Shown here: positions 21,871 to 29,280 of the stretch, piece by piece
How positions within the stretch are numbered: the stretch's first letter is position 1
How the letters are laid out: each line of letters opens with the position of its first letter
NCBI RefSeq assembly: GCF_006345805.1
Contig: NW_021837011.1
Span: 1-29,280 of the forward strand
Reading direction: 5' to 3'
From: Octopus sinensis
Taxonomy: Eukaryota
Length of the DNA stretch: 29,280 nt
Made by a program: the position numbers and the translations under genes
Notes under the pieces: model-generated
What the model was told of the DNA's origin: nothing
The model's input: the letters and a program-made list of their open reading frames with translations, nothing else
Databases searched by the model: none

Positions 21871-22089
21871 GCGGTTAAAAGTGGTTAAAAGTGGTTAGAA
21901 GTGGTTTAAAGCGGGTAAAAGTGGTTAGAAGCGGCTAAAAGTGGTTAAAAGTGTTCAAAGTGGCTAAATGTGGCTATAGGCAGTTAAAAGCGGTTAAAAG
22001 CTGTTAAATGTGGCTAAATGTGGTTACACGTAGTTAAAAGTAGTTAAATGTGGTTAAAAGCGGCTAAAAGTGGTTAAAAGCGGTTAAAG
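21871..22089. repeat. 10-bp minisatellite GYGGYTAAAA, about 22 copies
   Basis: GCGGTTAAAA GTGGTTAAAA GTGGTTAGAA GTGGTTTAAA ... one 9-bp unit. Confidence 0.95.
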
Positions 22090-22138
22090 ACGGCCGACAT
22101 GTTAACACCAGCAACATGTTTCTCGAATTAGCATTTTG

Positions 22139-22182
<44 letters not shown>

Positions 22183-22599
22183 TATATATCGATTGATTTA
22201 TATGACAAAAGACAGTTAAGATGGCCAGCGGGTGTCGAATGTTTGAGTGAATCAGTTACTGGATCTATAAACTAGGAAAGCTAGAAACGAAGTAAAGATA
22301 TATCGTTGACAGTAAGCAAAAGAGTTGTATAGTAACAACAACAGCCAAAACGGAACAACGCCATTGTTTCCAGATGGCCTTTCCGCCTTCTCGACAAAAC
22401 GGAAAGCTTCGTTACTTACAATGGAACTGAAGGTCTTAAGGTTAATAAATTATGGCTTGTTGTTGTTGTTATTATTGTGTGCTTGTATCGTTCTCTCCAT
22501 TTTTGTTTTTACCATTGCGGAATGGTTAGAGTTAGAAGAATTTAAACATTGCTCATAGCATGCAATGAATAGAAGGCAAACAGATAAGCAAGACTCTTC

Positions 22600-23640
22600 C
22601 CACAATTCTCTCTCTGTGTCTCTCCGATTTCCCCCTCTTTCTCTCTCCTGCGTTTTCCTTCTCTCTCTCATACCCATTTTCTATTTTTCTATCTCTCTCT
22701 CTCATCCATTTTTCTCTCTCTTTCTCATCCATTGTTTTCTCTCTTATCTATTTTTCTATCTCTCTCTCTCATCCATTGTTTTCTCTCTTATCTATTTTTC
22801 TCTCTCGTTCTTACCCATTTTCTCACTCTCATCCATTTTCTCTCTCTTTTATCCATTTCTCTCTCTCTCTCTCTTACCTTTTTTCTCACTCTCTCTCTCA
22901 CTCTGTCTTTCTCACTCTGTCTCTGTCTCTCTGTCTCTCTCTGTCTCACTCTCTCTCCTACCCATTTTCTCACCGTCACTCTGCAGATTTCTTGCTATCA
23001 CTCTCTCTCTCTCTCCTCTCTCGATTTCACCCTATCATTCTCATACTGTCTTTCTCTCCCTCTCTCTCCCGCTTATCTCTTCTCACTCTCTCTCTCTCTC
23101 TCACTTTCCCTCTTTCTTTCTCAAGCGTTTTCCTTCTCTTTCTTGCTCTCTCGCGCTCGCTTTCCCATTCTCTCCCACTTTCACCCTTTCCATCTTTCTC
23201 CCATTCTTCTTTCTCTCTCTCCCGCTTTCTTTCCTTCTTTCTCCCACATTTCCCCTCTCTCTCACTTCCCCTCTGTCTCTCACCCGCGTTTTACTTCTCT
23301 CTCTCTCTCTCCCTCCATCCTTTCCTCCCTCATTTTCCTTTTCCAGCCTTCTGTCTCCCACTTCACCCCATCCCTCTCTCTCTCTCTCTCTCTCATTCTC
23401 CTCTCTCTATCTTTCACTTTTTCCCTTTCTCTCTCCTGCATTTCACACCTCTCTCTCTCTCCTCTCTCTCTCTTCCTCACTTTCTTTTTCTCCCCCTCTC
23501 TCACCCACTTTTACCCTTTCCACTCTCTCTCTCATTCTTCCCTCCCTCCCCTCCTTCTTCCTTTCTCTCTCCAGCTTTCCTCCTCTCCTTCTATCTTCCT
23601 TGCATCTCTTCTGTCCTCCTGTCTCACATTTTCACTACAT
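22600..23640. repeat. About 1-kb pyrimidine-rich (CT) low-complexity tract with a local 44-bp duplication
   Basis: CTCATCCATTGTTTTCTCTCTTATCTATTTTTC at 22724 and 22768; the Ser/Leu/Phe ORFs derive from composition. Confidence 0.92.
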
Positions 23641-24234
23641 CTATTCTTCGGAGGGAGGTGGGGAGGAGCCATTTCCGATGTTATTGTTGTTGTTATTCTC
23701 CTCGTTGAAGCTGTTATCAGTGAAATATTGTAATATAAATGTTTAAATATTCATAAATTTTCTGGAAGAAAAAATATTCATACGTTTTGCTATATTTAAA
23801 CAAGGCCTTAAACTTCAACACTGACTCACACACATATACACATGCGTACAGCTCTCTATATATGTCTATGTATGTGTATGGTATGTGTGTGTGTGTGAGT
23901 GTGCATGTGCCTGTGTACGTATATATATCCGTTTATTAACACAGGTATGGATGTGTGTGAAGGAAAAATGAAAAAAAATGTTTAAATTAAAAACTAAATA
24001 TGCGAGTTTTTTCTACCTTGTCTAAACAAGAAGAGGCTCTCTCTCGTTCGATCACAAATTCAAGGCCGGAGGCAAAACATGTAAATGTATTTCATAGTAT
24101 CACAGGCACAGTATCAACCAGACCATCAGAGGGTGTTATATATCGCTGACCACAATGCACTTTCGATTCTGTCTTCATCGCACCATCCTTTTCCATTTCG
24201 ATCCAAATTGGTTAACAATATCGTCTTACCATCG

Positions 24235-24360
24235 AGCAAATCTGTGGTATTGAGCAGAATATTTGCTGTGTCCCATCTTTTACAAGACAAAACATGTACA
24301 TGATAACAATTCCAATCAGTTAAGATCAGAAGCCATGAGAGCCACTGTCTGGTACTGCAT
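24235..24360. repeat. Partial second copy of the unclassified element at 26596-27178
   Basis: Matches 27011-27140 at roughly 93% by eye; weaker similarity continues toward about 24120. Confidence 0.9.
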
Positions 24361-24366
24361 AAAGAC

Positions 24367-24426
<60 letters not shown>

Positions 24427-24445
24427 GTTATTGTTATTGTTATTG

Positions 24446-24516
<71 letters not shown>
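24367..24516. repeat. (TTA)n with TTG interruptions, about 50 units
   Basis: Directly visible. Confidence 0.97.
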
Positions 24517-24519
<3 letters not shown>

Positions 24520-26571
24520 TATTTATTTATTTTTTTATAGCGTGCTTTCACTTCACTACCGAGCGCAGCTCTGTGTGCCTTGGGTATGTGCTGTGATTTG
24601 TTGTGATGCTCTGATGGTTATTGTATGGAAAGTGTTCTGCGTAGGATGTGTGCAGTGCCTAGTAGTGCAATTTTCTGTATGTTATATGTGTTTGTAAGTC
24701 CTGGTGTTTTTGTTATGTATTTGTCTGAATATTTTTTATCGTGCCTAATGCACCTACTATGATAGGAATTGTTTCTGTTTTCAGATTCCACATTCTGGTT
24801 ACCTCTATTTCCAGGTCTTTGTATTTTGAGAGTTTCTCCATTTCTTTTAGAGACACGTTGTCATCTGCCGGTATTGATACATCAATTAGAAAGCATTTAT
24901 TTTCTTCATGATCTCTGATAACTATATCTGGCCTGTTGGCCTTAATTTCTCTATCTGTGTGTATCGGCATATCCCAGAGTATGGTTGCTTTCTCGTTTTC
25001 TGTGACCTTTTCTGGTGTGTGCCTATACCATCTTTTTTCTGTTGTTATTCCATAATGTTGGCATAGCTTCCAATGTATGTAGGTTCCAACTCTGTCATGT
25101 CTGTGAATATATTCCTTCTTAGCCAGGACTGGGCAGCTAGAGATAATATGATTTATTGTTTCTTGTCGATCTCCACATATTCTGCAGTTACTTGTTATAT
25201 TTCTTTTCATTAGATGTTTTTGGTAATTTCTGGTGGGGAGGTTTTGGTCTTGTGCTGCAATTAAAAATCCCTCTGTTTCTGTTTTGAGTCCTGAGCTTCT
25301 CAACCATTGCTGGGATTTTTCTTTGTCTATTTCTTTTGCGTTTAGTTTAGTCCAGTATTTACCATGAAGGGGCTTTTCTTGCCATCGTTTTATCATGGTT
25401 CGTTGCTGTTCTATTTTTAGTTTGGATTTAATTTTTTTATAGCTTTTGTTGTTTCTTCATCTTCTTCTTCTTCTTCATATTTATTAGGTGGTATGATTTC
25501 TTGTTTGTATTTGTCAGCTTCCTTAAATACTGAGAACAGTTTTTTGTTTTGCTCGTGTTTTGCCGCTATTTGTATCAGTTTTCCTTCCTTCTGAAGTAGA
25601 TATTTTTGCAGTCCTATGGTGGTTATTTTATAGTAGTTTTCCAGTTGTATAAGGCCTCTACTACTTTCTATACGTTGTATATATAGTCTTTCTATGTCAG
25701 ATTTTGGGTGATGCATCCTAGATCCTGTCATTATTTTTCTTGTTTTCCTATCTATTTTGGTCAGTTCATTTCGTGTCCAGTTAAGGATATTGTAGCTGTA
25801 ACTTATAACTGGGACAGCTAAAGTGTTAATACCTATTATCTTGTTTTTAGCATTGAGCTCTGTTTTTAGTATTGATCTAACTCGTCTATAATATTCTTTT
25901 TTTTATTCTCTCTTTCATTTGTGTGTGTTGTGTCTTATCTAGTTCATGGATTCCTAAGTATTTGTAAGTTTGGCTTTGGTCTAATTCTTTTATTTCATTG
26001 GTTTTATCTAGTGTGATGTTGCTACTCTTACTAGTTTTCCTCTTTTCATGGTTACTTTGCGCATTTTTCTAATCCAAATTTCATATCTATTTCTTTGGTA
26101 AATCCATGAACTGTCTTTAATAGTGTTTCCAGCTGTTTGTCATTTGCAACGTATAGTTTTAGGTCATCCATATATAAAAGGTGGCTGATCGTTTTGTCGT
26201 AACATTTATATCCGCATCCAGTTCTATTTAGTATATCAGATAGAGGTGACAGTGCCAAGCAGAAAAGGAGTGGAGAGAGAGTGTCTCCCTGGAATATTCC
26301 TCTTCTAATGGGGATGTCTTTGGTTTTCATGAGTCCCTCTTTTGTTTGGAGGTGTAGGACTGTTTGCCATTTATTCATATGAATTTTATGATTGTTGGTG
26401 CTACTTTGTTAATGGCTAGTGTTTCGAGGATCCATGTGTGGGGGATGCTATCAAATGCCTTTTTGTAGTCAATCCAGGCCATACTGAGGCCTTTCTTCTT
26501 TTTGTGGCTGTCTTCAGTTATGGCTTTATTAATCATTAGTTGATCTTTACAACCATATGAGCCTTTGCGGC
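24517..26571 (-). mobile_element. 5'-truncated R4/Dong-clade non-LTR retrotransposon (RT + CCHC + REL endonuclease), frameshifted
   Basis: Minus strand: CRKGSYGCKDQL, AWIDYKKAFDSIPH, RGIFQGDTLSPLLFCL, HLLYMDDLKLY, FGLEKCA, CRICG...ETINHIISSC, RHD, NRPDIV...FLIDVSIP, KLSKY, PIIVGALG; 3' UTR ends ...TACTG(AAT)n. Confidence 0.93.
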
Positions 26572-26595
26572 ATTATTATTATTATTATTATTATT
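26572..26595. repeat. (ATT)8 at the LINE 5' truncation junction
   Basis: Directly visible. Confidence 0.95.
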
Positions 26596-27176
26596 GAGTG
26601 AGAGAGCAGTTCATGCCATCAAAGTGACACTGGGGTAAAATATACGAAGCCCAATATACCCATCATGACTACCCGTCTGATAAAGGTACACCAGGCACAT
26701 GCATCACAACCATATGTGCGCGACATGGTGATCTCATATCAAGATAAACAGCACATGACCTTGCAGGTGGGGCCCAGTTAGAATTTTCTTCAGGTTGAGT
26801 AACCCATCCCGCTCAAACGGTCCCTGAATAGGGTTGTTTAAGGATGTTGAAAGAACCACCCATGTTTCCAGAGGTGAATTATTCAAACCCCAAAGAATCC
26901 CTCTCAACACATGGCTATGATGCTCCCCCACTACTTCTGCTCGTGATCAGAGATGCACATCGTCAGCCACTAAGGGACATGCTCAACTGGTTAAGGTCAA
27001 ACAACTGACAAGCAAATCTGTGGTATTGAGCAGAATATTTGCTGTAGCCCATCTTTTATACCAAGACAAAACAATGTACATGATAACACTTCCAATCAGT
27101 TAAGATCAGAAGCCATGAGAGCCACTGCCTGGTACTGCATCAGGGCATAGCCACTGCCTGGTACTGCATCAGGGCA

Positions 27177-27178
<2 letters not shown>
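26596..27178. mobile_element. Unclassified ~580-bp non-coding interspersed element flanked by (TTA)n on both sides
   Basis: Sharp microsatellite boundaries, a second partial copy at 24235-24360, and a terminal 29-bp tandem duplication; no recognisable tRNA head or protein motif. Confidence 0.7.
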
Positions 27179-27222
<44 letters not shown>

Positions 27223-27360
27223 GTTGTGTTGTTGTTGTTGTTGTTGTTGTTGTTATTGTTGTTGTTGCTGCTGCTGGTATGTATGTATGTATGTTGTTGT
27301 TGTTGTTGTTGCTGTTGTTGTTGTTATTGTTGTTGTTTTTGTTATGTATGTATGTGGATG
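27179..27360. repeat. Compound (TTA)n-(TTG)n-(CTG)n-(TATG)n microsatellite
   Basis: Directly visible. Confidence 0.93.
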
Positions 27361-27979
27361 TAAAAAAAAAATTATACACAATGAAAGTCCCTGCTGTGTA
27401 TATTTTACTGTTTGTGTGTCTATGTTCACTCCGACTTCGACTCATCTCTGTGGTTACCGTCTTCATATTTCGTTGTTTTATTGTTTTGATTTTTTTCTTT
27501 TCTTTTCTTTTTTTCATGTCTGTAATAAGTTATTCTATTCTCTCTGTATATTTAGCTGGTATCACATCGGCTGAACTTGTTTTTTTGTCTAAATAAACTC
27601 TGAATGCCATTTCAATTTGCGATGCTACAGAAGACATTACTCGTAAATGTAGAAAACATTTTGTATTTGTGTTGAAGCAGCACCACTTCCGGTGTAAAAT
27701 GTCTGACACCATTAGACTTTCTTCCAGTTGCTTTTCTCTCGGCCGTCTACCATTTCAATCAATGCAGGTCATTTATCTGCTGCTCTCATTTGTCGTTCGT
27801 ATATTTTCCTTCATTTCTCTCTCTCCCCACCATCTCTCTCACACACACAACGATTCTCTTTTCCTTTGCGGTTACGGTTGACTCTTTATTTCTCTGTAGC
27901 TGATTCTTCTTCGCTTTCTCTCTCCGTCTGTCTCTCTCTCTGTGTCTATGAATTTAGAAAAGGAAAGACTTATAAGGAA

Positions 27980-28440
27980 GAGAGAGAGAGAGAGAGAGAG
28001 AGAAAGGGAGACAAGATAGAAGAGTGATCGTGTGGGAAAATAGAAGAGAAACAGAGAGGGAAAGAGAGGGAAAGAGAGGGAGAGAAATAGAGAGAGAGGG
28101 AGAGAAAGAGAGAGAGAGAAAGAGAGACAAGATAGAAGAATGATCGTGAGGGAAAATAGAAGAGAAACAGAGAGGGAAAGAGAGGGCGAAAAATAGAGAG
28201 AGAAAGAGAGAGAGGGAGAGAGAGAAAGAGAGAAAGGGAGACAAGATAGAAGAGTGATCGTGAGGGAGAGAGAGTGAGGGAAAATAGAAGAGAAACAGAG
28301 AGGGAAAGAGAGGGAGAGAAATATAGAGAGAAAGAGAGAGAGAGAGAAAGAGAGAAAGGGAGACAAGATAGAAGCGTGATCGTGAGGGAGGGAAAATAGA
28401 AGAGAAACAGAGAGGGAAAGAGAGGGAGAGAGAGAGAGAG
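27980..28440. repeat. Purine-rich (GA) tract organised as 4 higher-order units of about 117 bp
   Basis: ACAAGATAGAAG..TGATCGTG..GGAAAATAGAAGAGAAACAGAGAGGGAAAGAGAGGG anchors at 28011, 28127, 28241 and 28363. Confidence 0.9.
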
Positions 28441-28576
28441 AACCAGAATGGGAAGGAATCAAATATATTGAAAAAGAAATCGGGAATGAAAGAAGGAAAC
28501 ACAGACATTAGAAAGAGAAAAAGAAAATAAATAAATAAATAAATGAAAAATGGAACGAACAACGATATATACCTTC

Positions 28577-28630
28577 ATATATATATATACATACATACAT
28601 ATATATATATGTATATATATATATACAGAT

Positions 28631-28663
<33 letters not shown>

Positions 28664-28996
28664 AATATATATACACATACATATATATACATATATATAT
28701 ATATACACATACATATATATACATATATATGTATAATATATATATATTATATATACATATAATGCATACGTACACGCATATATGCATACATGCACATAAA
28801 CACCAGTCCTCCCACGCACTCCCTCCATATCACACCCCATAACACATCACTTCCCCACATTTATATATTCTGGTGAAGATTCTCGTGTTCTCCGTCGCTT
28901 AAAAGCCTCGAAAGCCGGAAGAAACTGTCGGCTCATGAATCAGTTAGGGTCGAAACATACCTGACTAGCATCATATATATATATATATATATATTA

Positions 28997-29031
<35 letters not shown>
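28577..29031. repeat. (TA)/(CA) microsatellites at 28577-28790 and 28973-29031
   Basis: Directly visible. Confidence 0.9.
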
Positions 29032-29034
<3 letters not shown>

Positions 29035-29187
29035 TCAGCAGAATTTAGATTCAAATGAATATGGTACTTAACTTTGATGCACCAGAATTTTGTATGGTGT
29101 TATCCATATAAATCCATGGGGTGGTTACAATCCTCTATATGTTATCAATTAATATGAAAATTATGTATTATGGAAAACCTCTATAAA

Positions 29188-29271
29188 TGGCTGATGATTG
29201 GTCAACATTTTAAACCTGTTGTAAAACTTACAATATTTAATAAAATGATGTAGCGTGAAACGATCGTACCA
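29188..29271 (+). ncRNA. Minimal type I hammerhead ribozyme candidate with long stem II
   Basis: TGG-CTGATGA-[59 nt containing CATTTTA/TAAAATG and TTGTAA/TTACAA helices]-GAA-ACGATCGT-A-CCA; the core-proximal stem II pair is non-canonical. Confidence 0.7.
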
Positions 29272-29280
29272 AATACCGAA

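Noticed and set aside
21871-22089. CRISPR-like or telomeric array
   Set aside because: No unique spacers (direct tandem 10-mer), eukaryotic context, and the unit is not TTAGGG-like.
22565-23746. 393-, 333- and 310-aa Ser/Leu/Phe ORFs resembling membrane proteins
   Set aside because: A CT-rich tract lacks stop codons by composition; three overlapping open frames indicate an artefact.
27020-27178. HDV-like ribozyme at the end of the unclassified element (known for R2/R4 5' ends)
   Set aside because: Could not identify P1/P3/L3/P1.1 nested-pseudoknot elements by eye.
27530-27760. Possible exon or short ORF, and a CCGGAAGTG ETS site
   Set aside because: All three frames after the plus-strand acceptor stop quickly, the minus ORF has no recognisable motif, and a single TF motif is uninformative.
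28869-28955. CTGGTGA...CGAAAG / CGAAAC hammerhead-like strings
   Set aside because: Core substitution, and no consistent stem II, stem III or stem I pairing.

Overview
This is eukaryotic, AT-rich, repeat-saturated non-coding DNA. It is most likely an octopus (coleoid cephalopod) intron or intergenic region, inferred from the tRNA-derived SINE families and the very dense (TA)n/(CA)n/(TACA)n/(TCTA)n/(TAA)n microsatellites. No intact host protein-coding gene and no prokaryotic-type system (CRISPR, operon, rRNA) is visible. Most ORFs in the supplied track are microsatellite or low-complexity artefacts. Coding remnants all belong to retroelements: a 5'-truncated R4/Dong-like LINE (RT + CCHC + REL endonuclease) inside a (TAA)n array, a second REL-LINE 3' remnant, an RTE-like 3' remnant, and three Penelope-like element (PLE) remnants (two GIY-YIG endonucleases, one RT). 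Four of these are absent from the ORF track because of stops and frameshifts. The most interesting signal found by reading both strands is a set of minimal type I hammerhead ribozyme (HHR) motifs with palindromic stem III: 601-716 (-), 12399-12450 (+, just upstream of a PLE endonuclease), 29188-29271 (+), plus core variants at 21648-21681 (-) and inside both arms of a ~95% identical long inverted repeat (1-160 / 1872-2036). PLE-associated minimal HHRs are a known class, so novelty would lie in the specific families and core variants, not in the class. All structures were paired by eye; no folding or database search was run, and family names are from recall.
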